Shown piece by piece: positions 30,867 through 41,896 of a DNA stretch of 64,000 nt. Location: positions 22,859 to 86,858 of the forward strand of contig JBMZFJ010000003.1 of the NCBI GenBank assembly GCA_049615345.1. The letters run 5' to 3'. The position numbers and the translations under genes were made by a program. Origin of the DNA: Porticoccaceae bacterium (lineage in GTDB: Bacteria > Pseudomonadota > Gammaproteobacteria > Pseudomonadales > Porticoccaceae). How positions within the stretch are numbered: the first letter of the stretch is position 1; every line of letters starts with the position of its first letter. The notes under the pieces were generated by a model. That model made no database searches, was not told where the DNA came from, and saw nothing but the letters and a program-made list of their open reading frames with translations.

Positions 30867-31904
30867 TTACTCGACCTGCTCAGCGCCCATTAATGCTTCT
30901 ATAAAGTCAGTGGCAACAAAAGACTGAAGATCTTCCTGCCCCTCACCCACACCTATGTAGCGAATGGGTGTTGAGAACTGTTGTGCTAAGGCGAAAATAA
31001 CTCCGCCTTTTGCGGTGCCATCTAATTTGGTTAGTGCGATACCAGAAACGCCAACTGATTGATTGAATTGGGTCATTTGAGCCACTGCATTTTGTCCGGT
31101 CCCTGCATCTAATACTAGCAGAACTTCGTGAGGGGCTGTGTCATCTAGCTTGCCGGCTACGCGCTTAACCTTTTCTAACTCTTCCATCAGGTTGGCTTTG
31201 TTATGCAACCTTCCAGCAGTATCGGCAATAACTACATCAATACCGCGACTTTTGGCCGCCTGAATGGCATCAAAAATCACTGAGGCACTGTCTGCCCCCG
31301 TATGCTGCGCTACAACAGGCACCCTGTTGCGCTCACCCCAGGCTTGCAATTGCTCCACCGCAGCCGCTCTAAAGGTATCGCCTGCCGCCAACAATACTGA
31401 CTGCCCCTGCTGCCTTAAACGATTAGCGATTTTGCCAATGGTAGTAGTTTTGCCAACACCATTGACCCCCACAACCAATATTACATAGGGGCCATTGTCT
31501 GATTCTGGAATCAGTGCCATTTCACAGGGCTGTAGTTTGGCATACAGTAATTTCTTAAGCGCTGAATGCAGTGCAGCGCCGTCTTGCAGCTGATTTCGCT
31601 TCACTTGCTTGGTCAATTCTTTAATAATCGATTCGGTCACTTCAATACCTACATCGGCAACCAATAAAAGGGTTTCTAACTCTTCTAAAATCTCTGCATC
31701 AATGACTTTTTTACCAAGAAACAAGCTGCCAAAACCGCTGCTAGTTCGAGACAGCGCGCTGCGCATTCGCTGCAAAAAAGTCTGAGTTATTTTTTTATCA
31801 CCAGAATCTGACTGGGCGGCATTTTCAGAGGCGCTACTGACACCTGATTCTGAATTATCGCGCTTAAATCGATCAAAAAAAGATTTTTTTTCTGGCTGGT
31901 CCAT
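30867..31904 (-). CDS. ftsY: SRP receptor
   Basis: GVNGVGKTTT, DTFRAAA, DTAGRLH, TKLDGTAKGG. Confidence 0.97.
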   Translation of the reverse strand: MDQPEKKSFFDRFKRDNSESGVSSASENAAQSDSGDKKITQTFLQRMRSALSRTSSGFGSLFLGKKVIDAEILEELETLLLVADVGIEVTESIIKELTKQVKRNQLQDGAALHSALKKLLYAKLQPCEMALIPESDNGPYVILVVGVNGVGKTTTIGKIANRLRQQGQSVLLAAGDTFRAAAVEQLQAWGERNRVPVVAQHTGADSASVIFDAIQAAKSRGIDVVIADTAGRLHNKANLMEELEKVKRVAGKLDDTAPHEVLLVLDAGTGQNAVAQMTQFNQSVGVSGIALTKLDGTAKGGVIFALAQQFSTPIRYIGVGEGQEDLQSFVATDFIEALMGAEQVE

Positions 31905-32005
31905 TGATTTAAAAAGCTCCCATTAAAAATGTTTGGTTTTCAGCATTGACAACATCTAGTGTATCCTATCCCCGACAACAGTCCCATAACTAAGGGCTTT
32001 ATAAT

Positions 32006-32626
32006 TTGACTGGGAGCGATTTTTCATTGGCAACAAAAACAACTAACCAAGCACCGGAATCTGTGCGACTTATTGCTGGAAAATGGCGCAGTAGAACCCT
32101 AAAGTTTATCGCTACCGATGGGTTGCGTCCTACTGGAAGTCGCATTAGAGAAACGCTATTTAACTGGTTAGCGCCTGCTATCGAAGGAGCCAGATGCCTT
32201 GACTTGTTTGCCGGCTCGGGAGCTCTGTGTTTTGAAGCGCTGTCTAGAGGCGCTAAAAGCTGTACCGCACTCGAGAACAATAGATCTGCTGCTACTCAAT
32301 TAACTAACAATAAAGCCATGCTAAATGCGGCGGATCTTGACATTGTTGCCACAGATACCATTAATTTTCTCGGCAATAACACCGCAAACTCGCAATTTGA
32401 TGTGGTTTTTTTAGACCCTCCATTTGATCAAAAACTGCATTTAAGGGTAGCGCAGTTGTTAACGGAGGGCGCTTGGCTGGCAAAAAATGCCTTAATTTAT
32501 TGCGAGCTACCCCTAGCAGAGCCTCACCCTGTAATAGCTAATTGGCAACTATTGAAATCTAAAACTGCCGGGAATGTGCGTTTTTGCCTTTTTGCATACG
32601 TTGAGCAAAGTGGTTTAATTAAGTAA
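32006..32626 (+). CDS. rsmD: 16S rRNA m2G966 methyltransferase
   Basis: GLRPT, RETLFNWL, DLFAGSGAL, DPPF. Confidence 0.94.
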   Translation: MTGSDFSLATKTTNQAPESVRLIAGKWRSRTLKFIATDGLRPTGSRIRETLFNWLAPAIEGARCLDLFAGSGALCFEALSRGAKSCTALENNRSAATQLTNNKAMLNAADLDIVATDTINFLGNNTANSQFDVVFLDPPFDQKLHLRVAQLLTEGAWLAKNALIYCELPLAEPHPVIANWQLLKSKTAGNVRFCLFAYVEQSGLIK

Positions 32627-32653
32627 GATGCATTTCCTAAATTTAGCAGTTAG

Positions 32654-33148
<495 letters not shown>

Positions 33149-33160
33149 ACCTTAAAAAGT

Positions 33161-33967
33161 TTAAGTTTGGCACTTGGGACAAAACACCGAGCTTCGCTGT
33201 CCCAGTTTCATTTCCTTAAGGGTGGTATTACAAACATTACAGGGTTCACCTCCACGGCCGTAGACATCTAAAGATTGTTGAAAATATCCGGGCTGACCAT
33301 CACTGTTTACAAAGTCGCGCAACGTTGTACCGCCCTGATGAATCGCTGCCGCTAACACGTCCTTAATATTTTTTGCCAACTCGTCGTAACGCTTTTTAGA
33401 TATATTACAGGCCGCCCGATCTGGCCGAATACCACTGCGAAAAAGCGCCTCTGACGCATAGATATTACCGACACCTACAACCACTGAGTTGGTCATAATA
33501 AAAGGCTTTACTGCCATTTTACGCTTGCGAGAGGCACTGTATAGATGACCGCCATAAAACTCATCGGATAGGGGTTCTGGCCCCAAATTACCTAGCTGCG
33601 AATGCTCTGCAAATGACCAAAGCCAACATCCAAACCGACGCGGATCGTGGTAGCGCAGTGCCTGGTGGTTGGCTAACTGCATTTCAATATGATCGTGCTT
33701 GCGCCAATTTTCGCTGGGGTTAACAATCCTCAGGCTTCCGCTCATGCCTAGATGAATTAAGATCGATCCATTATCCAGCTGTAACACAATATATTTTGCC
33801 CGGCGGGTTAGCTGCCTAATTGTTTGGCCGCGCACAATATCTTGAATATTGTCGGTTACCGGCCACCGAAGTTTTGGTTGACGAACGGTGATGTCGGTGA
33901 TTTTTTGGCCCTCAACATAAGGCGCTATACCCCTAAGCGTGGTTTCTACTTCTGGTAATTCAGGCAT
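33161..33967 (-). CDS. mutM: Formamidopyrimidine-DNA glycosylase
   Basis: [23 protein letters not shown]-terminal zinc finger. Confidence 0.97.
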   Translation of the reverse strand: MPELPEVETTLRGIAPYVEGQKITDITVRQPKLRWPVTDNIQDIVRGQTIRQLTRRAKYIVLQLDNGSILIHLGMSGSLRIVNPSENWRKHDHIEMQLANHQALRYHDPRRFGCWLWSFAEHSQLGNLGPEPLSDEFYGGHLYSASRKRKMAVKPFIMTNSVVVGVGNIYASEALFRSGIRPDRAACNISKKRYDELAKNIKDVLAAAIHQGGTTLRDFVNSDGQPGYFQQSLDVYGRGGEPCNVCNTTLKEMKLGQRSSVFCPKCQT

Positions 33968-34125
33968 AATTTTAAACGGTCACCCTAGGGCACAAAAATC
34001 GACTATTAAGGCTTAGAATAACATAGAAAAACCATAAGCCTGACGAATGAATGACTAGTAATTTTTTTTAATTGCAGTAGAATCCACCTCAGTGCCAAAG
34101 ACCGACCAATAGAGGCTTTACTAAA

Positions 34126-34530
34126 ATGGCTTTAGGAAAAAGACGCAAAGGAGAAGATGATTCTCAAATTGATTTAACGCCCATGCTCGACGTGGTGTTT
34201 ATCATGCTTATTTTCTTTATTGTAACCGCCTCATTCGTCAATGAAACTGGCCTCAATGTTGATCGCCCACCGACTACCGATCAACCGCCACCCGATTCAG
34301 CCAATACCAATATCGTATTTAGGGTTTCTGAGAGTAATGAAATTATTCTTGAGGGACGCAGAATCGATATTCGCTCTGTACGCGCTAATGTTGAGCGCTT
34401 ACATGCAGAAAAGCCTGAAGCGAAGGTGGTTATTAACTCCCACCCGAAAGCTAAAACTGAAATCTTTGTTATGATTTCTGATCAGGCTAGAGAAGCGGGC
34501 GTCTATAATATTTCTCTGTCTACCGATTAA
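34126..34530 (+). CDS. exbD: ExbD/TolR family protein (stand-alone)
   Basis: IDLTPMLDVVFIMLIFFIVT. Confidence 0.88.
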   Translation: MALGKRRKGEDDSQIDLTPMLDVVFIMLIFFIVTASFVNETGLNVDRPPTTDQPPPDSANTNIVFRVSESNEIILEGRRIDIRSVRANVERLHAEKPEAKVVINSHPKAKTEIFVMISDQAREAGVYNISLSTD

Positions 34531-34665
34531 ATCTAGCGCTCTCCTGGGCCAATAGATTGGCGATTGCTTCAAGATACGACCTTAAGCCTTGCATTTAAGT
34601 GTGGCTGTGAGATTATTAGTCTAAATTAAAAGACCATAATCAATGGCTGTTATTTAGGGCAACGT

Positions 34666-35610
34666 ATGATCAAGTTAGATCTAAATTCTGTTTCGCTGAT
34701 CCAGAAAAGCCTCCCTGCTTTTGGCAAAATTAGCCCGCAAAAACCGCACATTGAATGGCTAGACGCCTATCTATCCCTTTATAAGCTCCCTGATTTAGGC
34801 CATAACTTAGCGTTTTACTGCGGCACCTTACAAGCGAACCAACAATCCATCTTTGCCGCCGCTTGGGAACCTCCTCAGCCTGAGGGCACAGCGATTATCG
34901 TGCATGGCTACTTAGACAATCTGGGTTTATTTGGACATCTAATCAATTATTTATTGAGTAAAAATTTAACGGTTGTGTGTTTTGATTTACCCGGTCTTGG
35001 ATTATCCGATGGCGAGCACGCTTATATTAACGATTTTTCTGACTATACAGCGGCACTAGAGGTGATCCTGCAACTTTGCCAACAGCAGTTTACTGCACCC
35101 TATCATGGTTTAGGCCAGAGTACCGGAGGCGCTATTTTATTAAAGCATCTACTTGATAATGAGGCCGCCGGAGACTATCCGTTTAACAGCCTAAATTTAC
35201 TGGCCCCTCTGCTTCACCCCAAAGGCTGGTGGTTAAACCGACATCTTCTACCCTGGGTAAAGCCTTTTAGAAAATCACTTAAACGGCGTTATGGCAACAG
35301 CTCCCACGACCAAGAGTTTCTGTCCTTTATCCGTCAAAAGGACATTTTTCAACCTAAGACCATGCCAATGCCTTGGTTTGTGGCGGCGGAAAAATGGGCG
35401 CGCGAGTTTGAAGGCTGCTCAGGAAGCCCGTTTTCGGTTAATGTCATTCAGGGTACTGGCGATACTACCCTTGACTGGAAATACAATCTGAAAATTTTTA
35501 AGAAAAAGCTACCCAATATGAAATTGCATGTTATTGAGGATGCCTACCACCATATGGCGAATGAGGCTGTGGACATTCGCAGCCAGATTTTTGATGCCAT
35601 GGAGCTTTAA
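34666..35610 (+). CDS. Alpha/beta hydrolase (lysophospholipase-like)
   Basis: HGYLD, FDLPGLGLS, nucleophile motif GQSTG. Confidence 0.8.
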   Translation: MIKLDLNSVSLIQKSLPAFGKISPQKPHIEWLDAYLSLYKLPDLGHNLAFYCGTLQANQQSIFAAAWEPPQPEGTAIIVHGYLDNLGLFGHLINYLLSKNLTVVCFDLPGLGLSDGEHAYINDFSDYTAALEVILQLCQQQFTAPYHGLGQSTGGAILLKHLLDNEAAGDYPFNSLNLLAPLLHPKGWWLNRHLLPWVKPFRKSLKRRYGNSSHDQEFLSFIRQKDIFQPKTMPMPWFVAAEKWAREFEGCSGSPFSVNVIQGTGDTTLDWKYNLKIFKKKLPNMKLHVIEDAYHHMANEAVDIRSQIFDAMEL

Positions 35611-35622
35611 CAGGACTACTAA

Positions 35623-36996
35623 TCAACGCCCATAAACCACATCAGGCAGCCAAGTTGCAATCTGCGGCCAAACAGCCAACAGCAGCATTAACACTAGCTG
35701 CATAAAGATAAATGGAATGACTCCGCGATACATCGCCGATGTCTCAACAGAGGCTGGCGCCACCCCGCGCAGATAAAATAGAGCAAAACCGAATGGCGGG
35801 GTCAAAAAAGAGGTTTGTAAATTAATTGCTATCATCACGCCAAGCCATACTGGATCAAGACCCATAGCCAAGAGCACTGGACCGACAATGGGCACTACAA
35901 CAAAGGTAATCTCAATAAAATCTAAAATAAAGCCGAGCAAGAAAATAACCAGCATCACTAAAATTGTAGCTGATACTACTCCACCGGGAAGGCTAGCAAA
36001 AAATTGCTCCACAACCTCTTCGCCACCAAAGCCCCGAAATACCAAAGAAAATACCGCGGCGCCGATAAGAATTAAAAATACCATTGAGGTTACTTCTGCC
36101 GTGCCCTGAGCTACCTCTCGCAATCGAGTTAGGCTTAAGCGCCCCTTAAATGCTGCCAATAAGATAGCGCCAAATGCACCCACGCCAGCCGCTTCTGTGG
36201 GGGTAGCGGCTCCGGCAAGAATTGAACCTAATACCGCAATAATTAAGCAGATGGGCGGCAATAGATCTTTAAGCAGTTTTAACAGCTGTGCTTGGTCTTG
36301 ACTCGTATTGTAAGCCTGAGGTGTTACTAATTTTGGTCGCGCCACCAGAATGGCATAACTGATATAAAAAACAACCAGTATCAAGCCCGGAATAATGGCG
36401 CCCACAAATAGGTCGCCTATGGAGACCGTCTTTGGGGTAAAGATGCCCATATTTAACTGTGCCTGTTGGTAAGCACTAGACAGTGTGTCCCCCAATAAAA
36501 CCAGGGCTATTGAGGGTGGAATAATTTGCCCTAGGGTTCCTGTGGCGGCAATAATACCGGTAGCCTGAGAAGATGAGTATCCTCTGTTGAGCATGGTCGG
36601 CAACGACATCAATCCCATGGTGACTACCGTAGCGCCAACAATGCCGGTGCTCGCGGCTAACAACGCCCCCACTAAAACAACAGATACGCCAAGACCACTG
36701 CGAAATCTGCCAAATAAGGCGGCCATACTACCGAGCAAGTCCTCTGCTAAACGCGACTTTTCAAGCATTATGCCCATCAACACAAACAGCGGTACCGCAA
36801 TTAGGGTGCCATTTTGCATAATACCAAAGAGTCGATTTGGCAATGCCTGCAAATAGGCTGGATCAAAATTCCCCGCGGCTGTGCCTACAAAAGCGAACAA
36901 CAACGCCGTACCTGCCAGTGAAAAAGCGACGGGATAGCCCGCCATCAAAACCAGGCAGACGGTTAGGAACATAATAAAGGGAATCCACTCAGCCAT
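35623..36996 (-). CDS. TRAP transporter large permease (DctM)
   Basis: AASTGIVGATV, GTLGQIIPPS, TPTEAA, LTPPFG. Confidence 0.93.
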   Translation of the reverse strand: MAEWIPFIMFLTVCLVLMAGYPVAFSLAGTALLFAFVGTAAGNFDPAYLQALPNRLFGIMQNGTLIAVPLFVLMGIMLEKSRLAEDLLGSMAALFGRFRSGLGVSVVLVGALLAASTGIVGATVVTMGLMSLPTMLNRGYSSSQATGIIAATGTLGQIIPPSIALVLLGDTLSSAYQQAQLNMGIFTPKTVSIGDLFVGAIIPGLILVVFYISYAILVARPKLVTPQAYNTSQDQAQLLKLLKDLLPPICLIIAVLGSILAGAATPTEAAGVGAFGAILLAAFKGRLSLTRLREVAQGTAEVTSMVFLILIGAAVFSLVFRGFGGEEVVEQFFASLPGGVVSATILVMLVIFLLGFILDFIEITFVVVPIVGPVLLAMGLDPVWLGVMIAINLQTSFLTPPFGFALFYLRGVAPASVETSAMYRGVIPFIFMQLVLMLLLAVWPQIATWLPDVVYGR

Positions 36997-37526
36997 TATT
37001 GAGCTTCCCCTGTCTTTGTTCTGGCTTTAGTTATCACCAAAACACTCTCTATTATTTGCCCGACTCCCTGCAACCCAAGAGTAATAGGCATAATAATCAT
37101 AAGCGTTTTAAGCAAATAAACTGCAGCTATGCCACCTGTTTCCGATGAAGTTTCTTTAATTGACCAACTGGCCATCACGTAGTCCCAGCTACCGAATAGG
37201 ATTAAGCCGCAAAATGGCAGCAGGAATATAGCCGCGCCGATTAAATCTACGATTGCTTTACGCCGCGGTGAAAATTCTCGGTAAAAAATATCCACCCGAA
37301 CATGCCCTCCACGCTGTAATGTAAAAGCTAAACCCAACATAAAAATTATCGCGTGCACATAACTAACCGACTCTTGGATAGCGATAGAGCCAACGCCTAA
37401 TAAATACCTGGATATAACAACGGTCATAACCAATATGACCAGTAATAATGTTAGCCAAGAAATAATTTGACCAACGCTGTTACTTAACTGATTTATGCGC
37501 TGAGAAATTTTTGATAATAGAATCAT
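36996..37526 (-). CDS. TRAP transporter small permease (DctQ)
   Basis: Four hydrophobic segments; HVRVDIFY. Confidence 0.9.
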   Translation of the reverse strand: MILLSKISQRINQLSNSVGQIISWLTLLLVILVMTVVISRYLLGVGSIAIQESVSYVHAIIFMLGLAFTLQRGGHVRVDIFYREFSPRRKAIVDLIGAAIFLLPFCGLILFGSWDYVMASWSIKETSSETGGIAAVYLLKTLMIIMPITLGLQGVGQIIESVLVITKARTKTGEAQ

Positions 37527-37641
37527 CGGTCCATTCTACCTGATAATTGATCATCTTCTGAATACAGAATAAATTGATTGTAAATTTATGCTGCGAATGG
37601 CTTAAAATAGCACTAAGTTTGGGGCAAACCAAAAAAATAAT

Positions 37642-37672
37642 TTGTCAGTAAAATACATACTGACAATATAAT
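37642..37672. promoter_or_regulatory. Perfect 9-7-9 palindrome (operator-like) next to a -10 box
   Basis: TTGTCAGTA-AAATACA-TACTGACAA (37642-37666) immediately followed by TATAAT (37667-37672). Confidence 0.55.
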
Positions 37673-37699
37673 GCAATTAAAAATAGGGCAACGATCGCT

Positions 37700-38476
37700 A
37701 TGATGCTGACCATTATTTCTCCTGCTAAAAAGCTAGATTATAGCCAGCCTTCAGAGGCTCAGACATTTACTCAGCCGTTGCTGCTTGAGCATTCGGAACA
37801 ACTGCTTAAAGACCTACGACTCTTATCGCCAGAGGATATTTGCTCGTTGATGGGCCTCAGCGACAAACTCGGAGCCCTCAATTACGAACGCTTTCAAGAG
37901 TGGCAAACGCCCTTTTCGACCGACAATGCTAAGCAGGCTATCTTGGCCTTCAAGGGCGATGTCTATCAGGGTCTAGATGCCGACAACATGAGCGCTGATG
38001 AGCTCCGTTGGGCACAAGATAATTTGCGCATTCTCTCTGGACTCTATGGTCTGTTGCGCCCACTGGATTTAATGCAGCCCTACCGACTGGAAATGGGCAC
38101 TAAATTTGCCAATCAACGTGGCGCAAATCTCTATCAATTCTGGGGCGGGATAATTACAGATCAGCTAAATAAATTGTTCCCCGCCTCAGCTAAATCAGTC
38201 TTGGTCAATTTGGCGTCAAATGAGTATTTTAAATCGGTTCAGCCAAAAAATATTAATGCCGAAATTATCACGCCAGTATTTATGGACCAAAAAGGCGATA
38301 AATATAAAATTATTAGCTTTTTTGCCAAGCGTGCTCGCGGTTTGATGAGTGCATTTATCATTAAAAATAAAATCACGGATGCCGAACAACTCAAAACGTT
38401 TAATGTGGACGGCTATAGCTTTAATGCTGCCATGAGTGAAGGCAATAAATGGGTGTTTTGCCGGGCAGAAGCCTAG
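37700..38476 (+). CDS. yaaA: Peroxide stress protein YaaA
   Basis: ISPAKKLD, AFKGDVYQGL, SGLYGLLRPLD, NLASNEYF. Confidence 0.94.
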   Translation: MMLTIISPAKKLDYSQPSEAQTFTQPLLLEHSEQLLKDLRLLSPEDICSLMGLSDKLGALNYERFQEWQTPFSTDNAKQAILAFKGDVYQGLDADNMSADELRWAQDNLRILSGLYGLLRPLDLMQPYRLEMGTKFANQRGANLYQFWGGIITDQLNKLFPASAKSVLVNLASNEYFKSVQPKNINAEIITPVFMDQKGDKYKIISFFAKRARGLMSAFIIKNKITDAEQLKTFNVDGYSFNAAMSEGNKWVFCRAEA

Positions 38477-39345
38477 TACTGAAGGTTATAGTCGAGTGCG
38501 AGCCCAATAAATATTGCCATGCCAACCCGATGGTTGTTTAAAAATGCGTTAAAACAGCCCTCGGCTTCTCGCGAGCGTGCCTGAAGGTGCTGCGCAATAA
38601 AATAGCCAGCCGCAATCACTAGCCCCAAGGCAAATATACCGCCACGGTTAAAATAAACCCCAGCAAGCCCCAGTAAAATTAGGCTGACAATTTGCAGAAC
38701 GGCGATTATTAGTAGGTCATATTTACCAAACAGTATTGCCGTAGATTTAACCCCAATGTTTAAATCATCTTGCCGGTCGACCATCGCATAATAGGTGTCA
38801 AAGGCTATGGTCCACAGCACAATAGCGCCAGAAATTAACCACAGCCCCATTGGCAATGTTTGTTGCTCAGCGGCAAATGCCATTGGCACTGCCCATGCCC
38901 ATGCTATGCCCAAGCCAAGTTGTGGCAAATGGGTTAATCGCTTTAAAAATGGGTAGATAGCGGCCAATAGCACACCGATGACGGACAGAATAATGGTAAG
39001 TAAACTGGTTTGTAATACCAACACAAAGGCTATTGCTAAAAGTACTAAAAACAGCGCTAGCGCATGCTTGGGGGCAATCTCACCCGCCGGAATTGGCCTG
39101 TGTTGCGTTCTAGTGACATCGCCATCCACATTGCGATCAGCATAATCGTTAATAACACAGCCTGCGGCCCGCATGACTAATACCCCAGCGGTAAATATTA
39201 GGACATTTTTTAACGAGGGCTGGCCGCTAGAGGCAAACCAAAGCCCCCAATAGGTTGGCCACAGTAAAAGATAAATGCCTATAGGCTTATCCAAGCGCAT
39301 TAGGCGTATCCAGGGGTTTTGTTTTAGGTGGTTAATAAGCTTCAT
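38473..39345 (-). CDS. ubiA: 4-hydroxybenzoate polyprenyltransferase
   Basis: RLDKPIG, AGCVINDYADR, DTYYAMVDRQDD. Confidence 0.95.
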   Translation of the reverse strand: MKLINHLKQNPWIRLMRLDKPIGIYLLLWPTYWGLWFASSGQPSLKNVLIFTAGVLVMRAAGCVINDYADRNVDGDVTRTQHRPIPAGEIAPKHALALFLVLLAIAFVLVLQTSLLTIILSVIGVLLAAIYPFLKRLTHLPQLGLGIAWAWAVPMAFAAEQQTLPMGLWLISGAIVLWTIAFDTYYAMVDRQDDLNIGVKSTAILFGKYDLLIIAVLQIVSLILLGLAGVYFNRGGIFALGLVIAAGYFIAQHLQARSREAEGCFNAFLNNHRVGMAIFIGLALDYNLQY

Positions 39346-39366
39346 CTGTCATCAACGTTGAAATGA

Positions 39367-39939
39367 TTAAAGGCTGTTAGTATTAAAGGATGGCAGAAAA
39401 AATTCAGCCACCAATAGTGGTTTTTTATCTAACCTAAAAACTGAACGTCTGCCCCATATGCAATTGTCATCACTGGCTGAGCGGCAAGGTAATTTATTAT
39501 TATCAGAATTAATACAGGCAGCTTGAACCGGCTCACGGGTCATTGAAGGATCTGAAAATAAAAGTGCACCCAAAGGCTGATTATCCAGCTGCCTTAGTTT
39601 GCGTAATCTGCCAGTTAACGTTGTTAGTGGCAAAACGCTTCGCGCAAAAACCCAAGGTCGGCCAACACCGCATAATAATACTTCACGAATCATTGCCTGC
39701 TGCCGATCAGGAAGACCTAGGGCATGCCGCTCAGACAGCGATGGCACCTGAAATTGCTGTTTAATCACATTGACCGACAAATCACCATAGCTCGCATCCA
39801 GTAACCGCTGCGTCAACGACCCTGAATCAAACAACCAGGTTCGCCATGATTTGGGGATGCGATAATCTGTCTGAGAAAGCATGCTATACCAAGAGATCTC
39901 AGCATGATTAAAAGACATCATTGAAGGTAGCTGCAACAC
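39367..39939 (-). CDS. ubiC: Chorismate pyruvate-lyase
   Basis: GSLTQRL, REVLL, WVFARS, PLGALLF, WGRRS; true start possibly ATG 39921. Confidence 0.92.
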   Translation of the reverse strand: MLQLPSMMSFNHAEISWYSMLSQTDYRIPKSWRTWLFDSGSLTQRLLDASYGDLSVNVIKQQFQVPSLSERHALGLPDRQQAMIREVLLCGVGRPWVFARSVLPLTTLTGRLRKLRQLDNQPLGALLFSDPSMTREPVQAACINSDNNKLPCRSASDDNCIWGRRSVFRLDKKPLLVAEFFLPSFNTNSL

Positions 39940-40824
39940 TTAGATTCCAGAAGAATAAATTGGAGGAAAGCCCTCTGGCTGAGCGCGAAAGCGCTTATAT
40001 TCCCATTGGTACTGTTCTGGCGCCAACGCCGCAATCGATTCAACGCCGGCATTCATCGCCGCAAGACTCTCGCTTTGATCGGCCTGGTAAATTGACGGAT
40101 CTGCAGGTGAAAAATGGAGTTGCCACCCGCCTGCGTCGCGCAAAGCACAACAAAAAATAGCCTGGGCATTGGAGCGATTCAATAAATTATGCGTAAGTGT
40201 CATGGTAAGCGCCTGAACACCAAACAATGGTGCAAATTCACCCCCAGATCTCGAAGGCTGCTGATCGGGCAAAATAGCCACAGTTTCAGATCTTTTTAAC
40301 GCCTTAAGCAACGCTGCCACACCACTGAGATTGGTAGGCACTAAGTTAGCGCCGGTTTTTTCGCGCGAATGTTTAATCCACTGATCTAAAGCCGCTATTT
40401 TAGCCGGCTGATAAAGTGAGGTCATGGCAGTTTGCTGCGCAATCCACAGCCCAATTACCTCCCAGTTGCCTTGATGGGGAATCAATAAAATGGTCCCTCT
40501 ATCATTGCTTAAAGCCTCTTGCAGGAGCGCTTCACCCTCAACGGAAACAATTTTTGTCTGCAACCATTTTGAAGGTTTGCGCCACAATATAGGCGTTTCG
40601 AAAAAAGCCTGACCGAGATGCTGCATTCTTTTTTTAGCTAATTGTTGATTGGCCTGTTGAGACTGGCTCGAAAAGCAAAAAGATAGATTACGCAGGGTTA
40701 TTTTGAACGATTTTGAAGAAAAAGCCGCCATTGCCATACCCATGACTTTGCCTAAAAATCTCGCCACACCCAAAGGCAGTAGCGAGATAATTTTCATCAG
40801 TCCGAGCAGCAACGCTGACTTCAT
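39940..40824 (-). CDS. Lipid A acyltransferase (LpxL/HtrB family)
   Basis: PHQGNWE, LPDQ, QYQWEYKRF. Confidence 0.88.
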   Translation of the reverse strand: MKSALLLGLMKIISLLPLGVARFLGKVMGMAMAAFSSKSFKITLRNLSFCFSSQSQQANQQLAKKRMQHLGQAFFETPILWRKPSKWLQTKIVSVEGEALLQEALSNDRGTILLIPHQGNWEVIGLWIAQQTAMTSLYQPAKIAALDQWIKHSREKTGANLVPTNLSGVAALLKALKRSETVAILPDQQPSRSGGEFAPLFGVQALTMTLTHNLLNRSNAQAIFCCALRDAGGWQLHFSPADPSIYQADQSESLAAMNAGVESIAALAPEQYQWEYKRFRAQPEGFPPIYSSGI

Positions 40825-41717
40825 AATTTGCTAGGCAACTCGTTAGCTAGATATTGTCGCAACTCTTCACCAATCTCGTTATGCTCAAGCCCCAGTTCAA
40901 TATTGGCTTTTAACAGCCCCATCTTACTGCCGCAGTCATAGCGAATACCCTGATACTCATAGGCCAACACCTGCTCTGCTTTTAATAGGGTCTGGATAGC
41001 ATCGGTAAGCTGCAACTCACCCCCAGCGCCGGGCTTTAGATTGGCAAGATGCTCAAAAATTTGCGGAGTAAATACGTAGCGCCCCGTAACACCCATATTT
41101 GAGGGCGCATCTTCAAACGCCGGCTTTTCAACAATATTATCAATAAGGTGCACATGATCCGATTGCTCTTTGCCGCTTATAACACCATAGGAAGATATTT
41201 CAGGGCCCTCTACTTTCTGTACCGCAATCACTGAGCTCTTATAATAATCAAAAACCTCTACCATTTGCTTTACAGCACCCTTTTTGTGATGAATTAAATC
41301 ATCGGCCAAGATGACTGCAAAAGGCTCGTCGCCCACTAAATGCGAGGTAACAGCTACTGCATGACCCAAGCCCAAAGCTTCATTTTGACGGATATAGGTA
41401 CAACTTACCCCTTTTGGCACAACATTCTGGGCAATTTCTAATAATTTCTTTTTGCCTCGCTGCTCAAGCTGATGCTCTAGCTCATAGGCTTTATCAAAAT
41501 GATCGGCAATACTGCGCTTGGTGCGACCAGTCACAAAAATCATTTCGGTAATACCCGCCTCAACCGCTTCTTCAACCGCGTATTGGATTAGTGGCTTATC
41601 CACTACCGGCATCATTTCTTTGGGGTTAGCTTTGGTAGCGGGCAAAAACCGCGAGCCCATTCCGGCTACGGGAAATACTGCCTTGCGAACCTTGTCGCCA
41701 TGTTTGATATGCTTCAT
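40821..41717 (-). CDS. galU: UTP--glucose-1-phosphate uridylyltransferase
   Basis: KAVFPVAGMGSRFLPATKANPKEM, LGLGHAV, GELQLTDA. Confidence 0.95.
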   Translation of the reverse strand: MKHIKHGDKVRKAVFPVAGMGSRFLPATKANPKEMMPVVDKPLIQYAVEEAVEAGITEMIFVTGRTKRSIADHFDKAYELEHQLEQRGKKKLLEIAQNVVPKGVSCTYIRQNEALGLGHAVAVTSHLVGDEPFAVILADDLIHHKKGAVKQMVEVFDYYKSSVIAVQKVEGPEISSYGVISGKEQSDHVHLIDNIVEKPAFEDAPSNMGVTGRYVFTPQIFEHLANLKPGAGGELQLTDAIQTLLKAEQVLAYEYQGIRYDCGSKMGLLKANIELGLEHNEIGEELRQYLANELPSKL

Positions 41718-41896
41718 TTAAAAACTCCATCGAGACAAATATGAACCTATTCATTGCATTATATATTGATCTAAGCCTTTAAGGGGCTCAAATTATCCCT
41801 TTTAAAGAATTTTTAGCTCTATCTTTATCAGTCTGCACGTTTATAATTGCGCTCTTATTGTACAAAGTTAACGATTTGGTGATTTTTGTGGGAAAT

